From Candidatus Saccharimonadota bacterium (lineage in GTDB: Bacteria; Patescibacteriota; Saccharimonadia; Saccharimonadales; JACDBH01), in the NCBI GenBank assembly GCA_028289135.1, contig JAQGGW010000005.1, forward strand, positions 2,941 through 66,940: a DNA stretch of 64,000 bases, in the 5' to 3' direction. Positions 28,451-37,219 of the stretch are shown here, piece after piece. The notes beneath the pieces are model-generated. The model had not been told where the DNA came from. It was given only the letters and a program-made list of their open reading frames with translations, and made no database searches. The number at the start of each line of letters is the position of its first letter. The stretch's first letter is position 1. The translations under genes were made by a program, and so were the position numbers.

Positions 28451-28936
28451 ATGAATAAAATGGCAGTTTGTTTATGGATGGACGGCACGGCAGAGGAAGC
28501 GGCAGATTTTTATATGTCCGTATTTAAGGATTCAAAAATCTTAAGGACTTCACGTTATCCAGATGCCGGACAGGAGATTACAGGTCAAAAACCGGGAAGC
28601 GTAATGACGGTCGAGTTTGAAGTTAACGGTATGCAAATCTTACTGTTAAATGGCGGGCCGCTTTTTAAATTTAATGAAGCCGCATCAATTGTAGTTTATT
28701 GCGACACACAAGAAGAGATAGATGAATACTGGGACAAGCTTTCGGCCGTTCCCGAAAATGAACAGTGCGGTTGGCTAAAGGACAAATATGGATTTTCGTG
28801 GCAAATCACCCCGCCAATGCTGGACGAGATGATAGCGAATCCAAACAGCACAAAATCCAACGCGGCAATGAACGCTATGCTAAAGATGAAAAAGATTGAT
28901 ATCGCGGAACTGCAAAAAGCCTACGACGAAGCTTAA
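28451..28936 (+). CDS. VOC-family (PhnB / 3-dmu-9 3-MT-like) protein
   Basis: [41 protein letters not shown]. Confidence 0.9.
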   Translation: MNKMAVCLWMDGTAEEAADFYMSVFKDSKILRTSRYPDAGQEITGQKPGSVMTVEFEVNGMQILLLNGGPLFKFNEAASIVVYCDTQEEIDEYWDKLSAVPENEQCGWLKDKYGFSWQITPPMLDEMIANPNSTKSNAAMNAMLKMKKIDIAELQKAYDEA

Positions 28937-30228
28937 TAGCGGTAGAGCTCGCCCTTGAATGGGCCGTTTTCTGGCAGGTTGAGGTACTCGGCTTGATCGG
29001 CGCTGAGCTTGGTGACGTGGCCGTCAAGTGCGGCAACGTGGATGGCGGCAACTTTTTCGTCGAGAGCTTTTGGCAGGTGGTGAACGCCCAATTCGTATTC
29101 TTTGGTATAGAGTTCAATCTGCGCCAATACTTGGTTTGAGAACGAACACGACATGACAAATGATGAGTGTCCAGTGGCATTGCCAAGGTTAACCAAGCGG
29201 CCTTCTGACAAGACAATTAAGCGGCGGCCGGATGGCATGGTATAGAGGTCAACAAGCGGCTTAACCTCTTCCTTTTTAATACCTGCAAGCTCGTTAAGCT
29301 CGTGGATCTGGATTTCGTGGTCAAAATGGCCGATGTTACAGACAATCGCGGTATCTTTCATGGCTTGCATATGCTGAAGGGTAATAATGTCTTTGCAGCC
29401 TGTTGCGGTTACAAAAATATCGCCCTGCGGAGCCGCTTCTTCCATCGTAACGACTTCGTAGCCTTCCATTAAAGCTTGGAGCGCACAGATCGGGTCAATT
29501 TCGGTAACTAGTACACGGGCGCCAAAAGCACGCAGTGACTGGGCGCTGCCTTTGCCGACGTCGCCGTAGCCAGCGACAACAGCAACTTTGCCGGCAATCA
29601 TTACATCGGTCGCGCGTTTGATGCCGTCCATGAGTGATTCACGGCAGCCGTAGAGGTTGTCAAACTTGGACTTGGTAACAGAGTCATTTACATTGATCGC
29701 TGGGATTTTAAGGCCATTATCTTCAAACAGTTTGTTTAACGCTTTCACGCCGGTTGTGGTTTCTTCGGACACGCCTTTTATTTCGGTTAAAAGTTCAGGA
29801 TGCTTGTCATGCACGAGGGCAGTCAAATCACCGCCATCATCTAGCAGCATGTTTGGCCCCTGGCCATCTTTAAATAGCAGTGTTTGTTCAACGCACCACC
29901 AATATTCTTCTTCGCTCTCGCCCTTCCAGGCAAAGACTGGCGTGCCAACTGCTGCCAATGCGGCTGCGGCCTGGTCTTGGGTCGAGAAAATGTTACATGA
30001 AGACCAGCGGACTTCGGCGCCAAGCGCCTGCAAAGTTTCAACCAACACCGCGGTTTGGATAGTCATGTGGATCGAGCCAGAAATGCGGGCGCCTTTTAGC
30101 GGCTGGGCATGGCCGTATTCTTCGCGCAGTGACATCAGGCCGGGCATTTCGCTTTCGGCCAAATTAATTTCTTTGCGTCCCCATTCGGCCAGGCTAATAT
30201 CTTTTACTTTGTAGTCGTTTTCATCCAT
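28933..30228 (-). CDS. ahcY: Adenosylhomocysteinase
   Basis: [59 protein letters not shown]. Confidence 0.98.
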   Translation of the reverse strand: MDENDYKVKDISLAEWGRKEINLAESEMPGLMSLREEYGHAQPLKGARISGSIHMTIQTAVLVETLQALGAEVRWSSCNIFSTQDQAAAALAAVGTPVFAWKGESEEEYWWCVEQTLLFKDGQGPNMLLDDGGDLTALVHDKHPELLTEIKGVSEETTTGVKALNKLFEDNGLKIPAINVNDSVTKSKFDNLYGCRESLMDGIKRATDVMIAGKVAVVAGYGDVGKGSAQSLRAFGARVLVTEIDPICALQALMEGYEVVTMEEAAPQGDIFVTATGCKDIITLQHMQAMKDTAIVCNIGHFDHEIQIHELNELAGIKKEEVKPLVDLYTMPSGRRLIVLSEGRLVNLGNATGHSSFVMSCSFSNQVLAQIELYTKEYELGVHHLPKALDEKVAAIHVAALDGHVTKLSADQAEYLNLPENGPFKGELYRY

Positions 30229-30230
30229 TT

Positions 30231-31178
30231 TTAAAGCTCAATTTCTTGGTTAAAGGTTTGTTGATAGCGTTGTGTAATTAATTCTTTTGTAAAATTTGCT
30301 TGCGGGCCATGTTGTTCAAGCGCAAACGACGCTGTTACAGCCGCTAGCTGCCCACACTTAACGAGCTCCCATTGTCGCAAATATCCATACAAAAATCCAG
30401 CCCGGTAGGCATCCCCAGCGCCAGTCGGGTCAACAATTTTATCTGGTTTTGCAATGCCCACTTTAACCGGATCGTTATTCATCTGGTCATAAATAATCGA
30501 ACCATTTTCACCGTACGTGATAATTAATTTTGCTTTTGCCTTAAGATCTTCTTCGCTAAGGCCGGTTTTATTGACCAATACGCCAAGCTCATATTCATTC
30601 ACAATTAATATTTCGGCGGCATCGATGCCAACCTTTAAATCTTCGCCAGAAATGTTGCTGACTTGTTGGCCTGGGTCGTAAAAAAGGCGGATGTTGTGTT
30701 CGGCGCACTCCTCGGTTTGGCGTCGCATGGCAATGGGGTCGTGGGCAGAAATGCAGGCAATAACCGGCTGTCCAGCCCAAGGAGTAAAACTTAGTGATGT
30801 GGCGTCGGCCATGGCTCCAGGATAAAATCCGCCTACCTGGTTGCCCACGCTGTCTGTTAGGACGTTAAACGTAGCGGTAGGGGATTGGCTGCTGTGAACA
30901 TGTGATATGTCTACGCCGTCACCTTCAAGTCGCTTTAGATAGCTTTCCGCATCTGCGCCAGCCGAACCCATAAGAACTGGCTGCTCGCCCAAAAGGGCAA
31001 TGTTATGGGCAATATTGGCACCAATACCACCCTGGGCTTCATCAAAAGATTGCACCAGTACACTAATAGACAAAACGTCCAACTGTGCGGGATTAATGAA
31101 GTCTTTATATTGGCCAGAAAAGGTCATTATCCTGTCGATCGCAATTGAACCACACACCACAAGCTTTTGAGTATTCAT
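30231..31178 (-). CDS. PfkB-family kinase, probably adenosine kinase
   Basis: [39 protein letters not shown]; directly upstream of ahcY. Confidence 0.85.
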   Translation of the reverse strand: MNTQKLVVCGSIAIDRIMTFSGQYKDFINPAQLDVLSISVLVQSFDEAQGGIGANIAHNIALLGEQPVLMGSAGADAESYLKRLEGDGVDISHVHSSQSPTATFNVLTDSVGNQVGGFYPGAMADATSLSFTPWAGQPVIACISAHDPIAMRRQTEECAEHNIRLFYDPGQQVSNISGEDLKVGIDAAEILIVNEYELGVLVNKTGLSEEDLKAKAKLIITYGENGSIIYDQMNNDPVKVGIAKPDKIVDPTGAGDAYRAGFLYGYLRQWELVKCGQLAAVTASFALEQHGPQANFTKELITQRYQQTFNQEIEL

Positions 31179-31200
31179 AAGGTTTATTATAACCTATCAG

Positions 31201-31833
31201 CTAGCCGCGGTGGGGATTAATAAAATCATCCCAAGACTGCATTTTAGTATCAGCCATACCTCCAGGCTTAAATGTGACCTTGTTATTCTCGTAAACATAT
31301 TTTAGCCGCTGGTAGCCAATGTAGCTTAGGATAATTCCTGTGCTTGTGCCGAGGTTAAGGCTTTCGACAATTCCTCCCATCGGGATCTGGATGCACATAT
31401 CTGCCTGCGCTGTGGCTTCATCCGAAATACCCTTTGACTCATTGCCAAACCATACGGCCAGCCGTTTTTGGGTAAAAGTCTCATCGTACAAACAGACATT
31501 TTCTTTGCCTTTAATGTGAGATGAAGTAACGGCAATCGTGTAGCGCTCTTTGCGCAGGTGGGCGATGCATCCGGCCGTGGTGTCAAACTGTTTAACAAAC
31601 ACCCATTTATTGGACCCAACGCTCAAGTTTGCGAGCCGTTTGTGTGTGCGTGATGTTTCAAAGTCTTTGACAATTGCATTGTTGCCAATTACATACAGTT
31701 TTTCAACGCCAAATGCCGAGATGTTGCGTATCGTCGAGGCAATGTTTACGATATCCATCGGGTTTTCTAACACGCAAATAAAATACTTGTTTTGTAAGTG
31801 TTTAATTTCCCTGATCTTGTCCCGTACTGCCAT
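31201..31833 (-). CDS. TrmH/SpoU-family RNA methyltransferase
   Basis: VLEN....N...IR, FGNESKGIS, IPMGGIVESLN. Confidence 0.9.
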   Translation of the reverse strand: MAVRDKIREIKHLQNKYFICVLENPMDIVNIASTIRNISAFGVEKLYVIGNNAIVKDFETSRTHKRLANLSVGSNKWVFVKQFDTTAGCIAHLRKERYTIAVTSSHIKGKENVCLYDETFTQKRLAVWFGNESKGISDEATAQADMCIQIPMGGIVESLNLGTSTGIILSYIGYQRLKYVYENNKVTFKPGGMADTKMQSWDDFINPHRG

Positions 31834-31876
31834 AATGCCTAAATTATAGCGCAGTTTACTTCTTTAAGATGGGCTA

Positions 31877-32233
31877 TTATTTACTAATTGCTTGCTTAAT
31901 CAAATCCTCAAGCGCCGCCCTGTCTATGTTTTCCCCTTCTTGGAGGTCGATACTTCGTGACTTTTTAGATTCTAGCCCGTTATTAAAAAGGTTCTTGCTA
32001 TCTGTAAGCTGGGCGCCGTTTTGCATAAAATTATATTTGGTATGGGATTTAAAGCACGCCATCGCAAACAGCGCTTTTTTGCCTAAAATAAAAACGGGCA
32101 CGCCCCATTTGATCTCTTCGGTAATATCCGGGCAAATCTCGTGTATCATCTCGCGGTAAAGCGTTAGGTTGCCCCGCTGCCACAGAGGCAAATCCTTTAT
32201 ATATTCATCGGTGTTAGCTGCGTTTCCATTCAT
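31877..32233 (-). CDS. DUF1801 (YdhG-like) protein
   Basis: DEYI, EEIKWGVPVF, F..GA.L.D...LF. Confidence 0.8.
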   Translation of the reverse strand: MNGNAANTDEYIKDLPLWQRGNLTLYREMIHEICPDITEEIKWGVPVFILGKKALFAMACFKSHTKYNFMQNGAQLTDSKNLFNNGLESKKSRSIDLQEGENIDRAALEDLIKQAISK

Positions 32234-32342
32234 TTTTTAGGCCTCCAGTTTAGCTAAAGTATAGCAAATCTTTAAAACAATCCTCTTTATAAGCATCCGT
32301 TCAGCTTTTTGTTTATGGTTAGCTGTAGTACAGTCTTATTAT

Positions 32343-33839
32343 ATGGAAGAACATCAAGAACCAGTAGAATCATCGTCCTCTGAGCCGGTAGTAATCACTC
32401 AAGAAAATCAAATAAACGAAGTAAAAAAACAAGGACCGAATAAAATTGTAATTGGTGCCTTACTCGTAGTCCTTATCGCTGCGGGCTCTGCAATGTTTAT
32501 GTATATACATAAGAAAAAGCCGGTGACGGTAAGCAACGTTACGCCCGTGATTACCTATTACTACAACGACGGCAAAACTGTGATGTGGCAGGACAAAGAT
32601 CCGGCAAAATCACTCGCTATCTCACAGGCGCCGGTGGCTCCTCACTTTTTGAATGCTGTATATCTGGAGCTTGAGCAAAAATATGGCGGCGGTTTTTATA
32701 AACAAGGTGCGTGGGATGTTGTAACAACGCTGGATAAAAATCTTCAAACCTCGGCCGAGAAATATGTCTTGGCACAGGAACCATCACTTTTAAAACACAC
32801 AGCAAATGCTGCGGGGTTCGTTGGCGAAGACGTTGTAACCGGTAAAATAGTGTCTTTAGTTGGCAATCTACCAAGCCAGTTAACCCAGCCCCATGATTAT
32901 GCCAATTATATGATCGAACCAGGTTCAAGCATCAAGCCGTTTGTCTACGCAACGTTATTTGACCAGACAACAAACTACGGTGCAGGCAGCAATATTGAAG
33001 ACACTCAGGGTCCTCTTGAGGGCTATCCGTGCACAGTGTCCACGCCGCTCAGTGCCAGCAACTGTTTGTATAATTATGACAGGCAGTATTATGGTAATTT
33101 GCCAATCCGGTACTCGCTTGCTTACAGCCGCAATATTCCCGCGGTCAAAGCGGCAAGCATAGTGGGAATTAAAAAAATTGCAGAAACCGTTAAGAAGTTG
33201 GGGGCCACAAAGGGATACAACTGCTACCCAGGTGGTGTTCAAGCAAGTAAGCCAATCGACTGTTTTAGCGCGGCGGCAATTGGAGACGGGGCATATATTA
33301 ATTTTTCAGAGGAAGTAAATGCCTATGCTTCCCTATCGCGTAATGGCGTTTACATCCCGTCTGTCATGACAGACAAAGTAAGTCTTAATGGCAAAGTAAA
33401 AAGTGAATGGTCGGCACCAAAAGGAGAGCAGGTGATTAAAGCTGACGCGGCCTATATTGTCTCTGACATACTTTCCGATCCAAACGCAGGTTTCCTTTCT
33501 AAGGGGTTTAAGCCCAGCTTTATGTCTGGTAACTTCAAAACGAGCATTATGACCGGAGTAACGAACGATCTTAATACATTTTCTTCTTTTGCTTACACCA
33601 CCCAGTATGTTGCCGGATTCTGGTTTGGCAAGCCGGGCAACGCTGGCTATACCTATGAAGCAGATACCATACCAGTTATAAGTGGCTGGCTTTCGGATGC
33701 TGAAGCAGGCAAAACAGCAGTTGAGCGCGTAATGCCCGCTGGCCTTCAAACACTGCCTGCCCAGGTTGCTGATCCGAGCGCTCCGGGTATCCTGCCAAGA
33801 CCAACAACCGATATTTACCCTAGCTACTACAAGCCGTAG
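32343..33839 (+). CDS. Class-A-PBP-derived transpeptidase-domain protein lacking the transglycosylase domain
   Basis: TM; APHF linker; TTLD..LQ; PGSSIKPFVY (SxxK); YSRNIPAVK (SxN); KTG motif reads MTG. Confidence 0.8.
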   Translation: MEEHQEPVESSSSEPVVITQENQINEVKKQGPNKIVIGALLVVLIAAGSAMFMYIHKKKPVTVSNVTPVITYYYNDGKTVMWQDKDPAKSLAISQAPVAPHFLNAVYLELEQKYGGGFYKQGAWDVVTTLDKNLQTSAEKYVLAQEPSLLKHTANAAGFVGEDVVTGKIVSLVGNLPSQLTQPHDYANYMIEPGSSIKPFVYATLFDQTTNYGAGSNIEDTQGPLEGYPCTVSTPLSASNCLYNYDRQYYGNLPIRYSLAYSRNIPAVKAASIVGIKKIAETVKKLGATKGYNCYPGGVQASKPIDCFSAAAIGDGAYINFSEEVNAYASLSRNGVYIPSVMTDKVSLNGKVKSEWSAPKGEQVIKADAAYIVSDILSDPNAGFLSKGFKPSFMSGNFKTSIMTGVTNDLNTFSSFAYTTQYVAGFWFGKPGNAGYTYEADTIPVISGWLSDAEAGKTAVERVMPAGLQTLPAQVADPSAPGILPRPTTDIYPSYYKP

Positions 33840-33848
33840 AATAAAACT

Positions 33849-34001
33849 ATGAACAAGAAGCTTTTGCCAATTCTGGTATCTCTCATGGCTATTGTTATAT
33901 TTTTTGGTGGTTTTTATTATTTTTACCACAGATCTCACCAATCTTGCGTGTCTTACTACGACAAAGACGGTAAACAACTGCTGTTTAAAGATTGCCGATA
34001 G
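33849..34001 (+). CDS. 50-aa membrane microprotein (not in the ORF track)
   Basis: MNKKLLPILVSLMAIVIFFGGFYYFYHRSHQSCVSYYDKDGKQLLFKDCR; starts 9 nt after the PBP stop. Confidence 0.65.
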   Translation: MNKKLLPILVSLMAIVIFFGGFYYFYHRSHQSCVSYYDKDGKQLLFKDCR

Positions 34002-34038
34002 AATTTATGTTAAGAGAGTAGAGTTTCTGACAGCTTAT

Positions 34039-34152
34039 AAAACAAAAAACACCTCGGAAGGTGTTCGCGGTACTAGCTGGCTCGGCACGATTGTGGGCTT
34101 CTTTAGCAATGAATCCGCTTCTTTCGAAGTCGTCCTGTTATTTGCTAGTACA
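34039..34152 (-). ncRNA. Free-standing structured small RNA (~110 nt)
   Basis: Perfect promoter upstream; GTACTAGC/GCTAGTAC closing stem; CTTC-GAAA-GAAG hairpin; terminator AACACCT-TCCG-AGGTGTT-TTTT; no ORF beyond ATG-TAC-TAG. Confidence 0.7.
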
Positions 34153-34157
34153 TAAAC

Positions 34158-34186
34158 ATTATAAACCATAACCAGGCTGGTGTCAA
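34158..34186 (-). promoter_or_regulatory. Consensus sigma70 promoter
   Basis: TTGACA (34186-34181)-N17-TATAAT (34163-34158). Confidence 0.85.
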
Positions 34187-34275
34187 ACACTTTTTTAAAA
34201 ACTGAATGTGCTTCCGGTTTGAATATTTGAATGTTTACTTATATCAACATTATAGCTAAACAGCACAGTTTGACT

Positions 34276-35676
34276 TTAATCGACTATCCTTAATTTAGCG
34301 ATTCCTAAAACAGTTTTTATAACCCCGCGTCTTTTTTGAACTTTATATTTTTCATTGACTCGCGTTCTGTTGAAGATATCCGGTAAAGATGTAGCTTTAT
34401 ATTTTTTGCGGAGCTTGTCATACCAAGTTTTGTCATAGACTTTCCAGAATTCCTCATAAGAATAGTAGTTATGAGAGTAAAACCATTTTTTGCCACCTAG
34501 TTCGTTGGTTTTTGCTTCAATCTGACGGTTAGCAGCAACGAATTTTTCATAGGGCTCCACTCGAAGGCCGTAGACACCAAGATTAAATACTATGTCAGCA
34601 TCAATGCCATTACACTGTAGTGGCGAACGAGGTTCAGGCTTTATTGGGCAACCACCAAGCGGGTACATATTAAACTCTTTATCCATATAATCAAGGAATG
34701 GCACCATGCCACTTTCAGGTAGCATAATATCCTGGCATATGTAGGATTGGCTCGCCGCGCTTTCTTGCAATACCTGATATAGCTTTCTTGTTCGCAGCAA
34801 CGGATCAAATAGAAAGCGCATAATTCGATTGAAGGGAATATTATAATCTTTGAATCCAATTTCTGCTGCCCAAAACGCACCCCGATTAAACCGAAAGAGG
34901 TAGTCTTTAAGGGGAATGCTATCTGTTATTTGCATACCAGTGGCTGCAACTTCTTTAATATATAAAAAGTACCAATTATCTTGAGGGCGGCTAAATCGTA
35001 ATAATCGTCCCTGAATTTTATTTGTCATAGTACCGACAACAACAGCACCTCGGTCTTTGCTAAACATGTACCACTCAACAAAGTCAGTACCTAAATTGGC
35101 ATAATGCTTCATCATTTTTATACCTTCGGCGAAACTAGTGATTTGATAATGAGTAACGCTGACATATTTAGTTGCTGGTATGAGTTGTATTTCTGTAGCT
35201 GTAATTAATCCAAGCGAGCCATATGATCCAGCTGCACCATAAAATAGATCTGCGTGTTCTTGCGGAGAAGCCTTTACTAGTGAACCGTCTCCCAATATGT
35301 ACTCGATCCAGTTAGCTGTTTGGCTTACGCAGCCGTACTTATGGGATGATGTTTCGGCAGCTGCTCCTTGGATAGCGCCACCAATGGTAATACCCGGGAA
35401 CTCAGGCACAACTGGTGGTACGAGCCCGTGTTTGAGAGTAGCTTTTACGAGCTTGTCCATGGGGACGTTGGGCTCTACGATAACGGTTTGCTTCTCAATG
35501 TCTACAGAAATAACATTATTTAAATCGCTTACATCTACCATCTCGCTTCGTTTAAACGTGAGTACGCGTGTAGAGTTAGTCGAACCATGATAAACACGAA
35601 ATGGTGTTTTTTGAGAATAGTACTTTGCTACTTGGTTTTGTAAATTTTTAACCACGATCGCGTGTTTAGAAGTCAT
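34276..35676 (-). CDS. FAD-binding oxidoreductase (VAO/PCMH family), Delta24-sterol-reductase-like
   Basis: HGSTNSTR, VEPNVPMDKLV, PVVPEFPGITIGG, GSYGSLG, GGKKWFY. Confidence 0.8.
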   Translation of the reverse strand: MTSKHAIVVKNLQNQVAKYYSQKTPFRVYHGSTNSTRVLTFKRSEMVDVSDLNNVISVDIEKQTVIVEPNVPMDKLVKATLKHGLVPPVVPEFPGITIGGAIQGAAAETSSHKYGCVSQTANWIEYILGDGSLVKASPQEHADLFYGAAGSYGSLGLITATEIQLIPATKYVSVTHYQITSFAEGIKMMKHYANLGTDFVEWYMFSKDRGAVVVGTMTNKIQGRLLRFSRPQDNWYFLYIKEVAATGMQITDSIPLKDYLFRFNRGAFWAAEIGFKDYNIPFNRIMRFLFDPLLRTRKLYQVLQESAASQSYICQDIMLPESGMVPFLDYMDKEFNMYPLGGCPIKPEPRSPLQCNGIDADIVFNLGVYGLRVEPYEKFVAANRQIEAKTNELGGKKWFYSHNYYSYEEFWKVYDKTWYDKLRKKYKATSLPDIFNRTRVNEKYKVQKRRGVIKTVLGIAKLRIVD

Positions 35677-35695
35677 AACCTAATGATACCAAACA

Positions 35696-35719
35696 AAAAG
35701 ACTTGGTAAGAAGTCTTTT
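35696..35719 (-). terminator. Terminator after tRNA-Gln
   Basis: Minus strand AAAAGACTT-CTTACC-AAGTCTTTTT. Confidence 0.65.
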
Positions 35720-35730
35720 AAACATATGAG

Positions 35731-35752
35731 CTTGGTTGGGTATGAGGGATTC
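35731..35752 (-). repeat. Degenerate direct repeat of the tRNA-Gln 3' end (att-like)
   Basis: cttggttgggtatgagggattc vs cttggctggggatgagggattc at 35764-35785 (20/22 identical). Confidence 0.7.
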
Positions 35753-35765
35753 AGTGCATTTCTCT

Positions 35766-35839
35766 TGGCTGGGGATGAGGGATTCGAACCCCCGATCTCG
35801 GAACCAGAATCCGATGCCTTACCACTTGGCCAATCCCCA
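35766..35839 (-). tRNA. tRNA-Gln (CTG)
   Basis: TGGGGAT/ATCCCCA acceptor, TCGGA-TT-CTG-GT-TCCGA anticodon arm, GGTTCGAATCC, CCA. Confidence 0.95.
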
Positions 35840-35881
35840 AAGAATTGCCAAGAGAGATGAACTGAATCTAAATTATTAAGA

Positions 35882-36027
35882 AGGGATTCGACCGACGTTC
35901 CGCCGGCCCGGAGCTTCTGCTTTGGTAACATGTTACCAAGTGAAGACTCCCTTGCAAAATGCCACAGGCATTTTTCACCCCGATCATGGAACCAGAATCC
36001 GATGCCTTACCACTTGGCCAATCCCCA
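35882..36027 (-). pseudogene. Interrupted second copy of tRNA-Gln(CTG) with an 85-nt structured insertion in the T-loop and no 3' acceptor strand
   Basis: First 40 nt identical to the intact gene; GATCGGGGT-[35976..35892]-TCGAATCCCT; then unrelated sequence. Confidence 0.75.
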
Positions 36028-36131
36028 ATAAAAGCGGAAAACTCAAGTGATTGTAACAGATTAGGGGGCATTTTAACAGAGCTAAATGTTTATATACTTG
36101 ACGAACGGCTTTTGTAGTATATAATACAATA

Positions 36132-36416
36132 ATGCACGAATTTCAGCCAGTAACAGAAACAGCAGTTTTTATACGGACTGCCAATATAGCCTGTGCTGTC
36201 GGCCCACTAGCGTCTACAATACTTGCGCCAAGGCCAGGCACCGTAAGCTTTACCGACACATCAAACTGTTGCGAAGATTGCCCGGATATTAATGACAATC
36301 CGCCAAGCCAAAGCGAATGCCCAAATTTTGAGCTGGAAGCGGGCAGGTGGCCTATTTGTAAGCGCGAAGGCAACAGCGATGACATGATCGGCAAGTTTTT
36401 TGGATTTGGGAAGTAA
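36132..36416 (+). CDS. Small Cys-rich hypothetical protein (94 aa)
   Basis: Own promoter TTGACG..TATAAT 6 nt before ATG; CCEDC, CP, IC. Confidence 0.55.
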   Translation: MHEFQPVTETAVFIRTANIACAVGPLASTILAPRPGTVSFTDTSNCCEDCPDINDNPPSQSECPNFELEAGRWPICKREGNSDDMIGKFFGFGK

Positions 36417-36488
36417 CCTACAACTACATTAGGGTAATCTAAATAAATATGGTATAATAAAAAAGATAATTAATCAGGATCTTTTATT

Positions 36489-36740
36489 ATGAGTATGGAC
36501 TTACGTTGTTTCAATGGTCAGCCTTCAGCAGATTCATCGTTTGTGGTAGAGCCTCATCCTAGTATTTACGGAGGGAAAGTGACGCGTGAAAGTATGCGTG
36601 CATTCAGAGTCGCAAACGGGCAACCCGAATCCCTTGGCTCACGCTCAGTAGATCTTGGCGCCATAGGTCAAGTTGCTGGAATGGATGCTGCTCCACAAAT
36701 TATAATCCCAGAAACTCCTCCAGCCCCTGAAATTGGCTAA
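36489..36740 (+). CDS. Small hypothetical protein (83 aa)
   Basis: TATAAT and AGGA upstream. Confidence 0.5.
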   Translation: MSMDLRCFNGQPSADSSFVVEPHPSIYGGKVTRESMRAFRVANGQPESLGSRSVDLGAIGQVAGMDAAPQIIIPETPPAPEIG

Positions 36741-36755
36741 TTTTAGCCAAGATAT

Positions 36756-36925
36756 TTGACAAGACAAAAATTAGGCGTACATTGAAATATGTGAACAACC
36801 TAAACACAACACTAAAGGCGCTCGCGATTATTGTGGCCCCAAAGGGGAGTGTTTCTGGTTTGTAGCAAATAATTAATCAAGACAAACCAATCACTTCCCG
36901 AGAGAAATCCGGGGAGTTTTTATTT
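36756..36925 (+). promoter_or_regulatory. Promoter, leader ORF (36791-36865) and alternative hairpins ending in a terminator: putative transcription attenuator
   Basis: TTGACA-N16-TACATT; GTG leader VNNLNTTLKALAIIVAPKGSVSGL; GGGAGTG..TGGTTTGT pairs with ACAAACCA..CACTTCC; terminator ACTTCCCG..CGGGGAGT-TTTT. Confidence 0.65.
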
Positions 36926-36947
36926 GTCACAAAAGGAGATAAAAGAA

Positions 36948-37163
36948 ATGACAACAGCAGAAATGGGAACAGTAGGCGGAGTTGAACAAGCAGGTGCACA
37001 AAGAACAAGTGCCGTAAGTGCGGTATTACATTTCGCTGCGCGATTATTAAGCCCGCTTCCCGATGTCGCACCTGCGCCTGGTCAAAGTGAGCATTTTGGT
37101 CATTCTGATAAGAGAAATGATACGAACCCCCAATGGTCAACTCAGAATGGATATGTCGGTTAA
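36948..37163 (+). CDS. Small hypothetical protein (71 aa) behind the attenuator
   Basis: AAGGAG SD at about 36933; MTTAEMGTVGG... Confidence 0.6.
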   Translation: MTTAEMGTVGGVEQAGAQRTSAVSAVLHFAARLLSPLPDVAPAPGQSEHFGHSDKRNDTNPQWSTQNGYVG

Positions 37164-37219
37164 GTAAAAGTAATTTACATTACTACTAATCGCTGATATT
37201 TTTTCTTGTAAATTGCTAC

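Noticed and set aside
33892..34155. 87-aa + ORF and the overlapping 214-aa minus ORF (33333-33977)
   Set aside because: Better explained by the 50-aa microprotein, the minus-strand sRNA and the antisense shadow of the PBP gene
35680..36071. Two minus-strand ORFs sharing GDWPSGKASDSGS
   Set aside because: The shared peptide is just the translation of the duplicated tRNA-Gln 5' half
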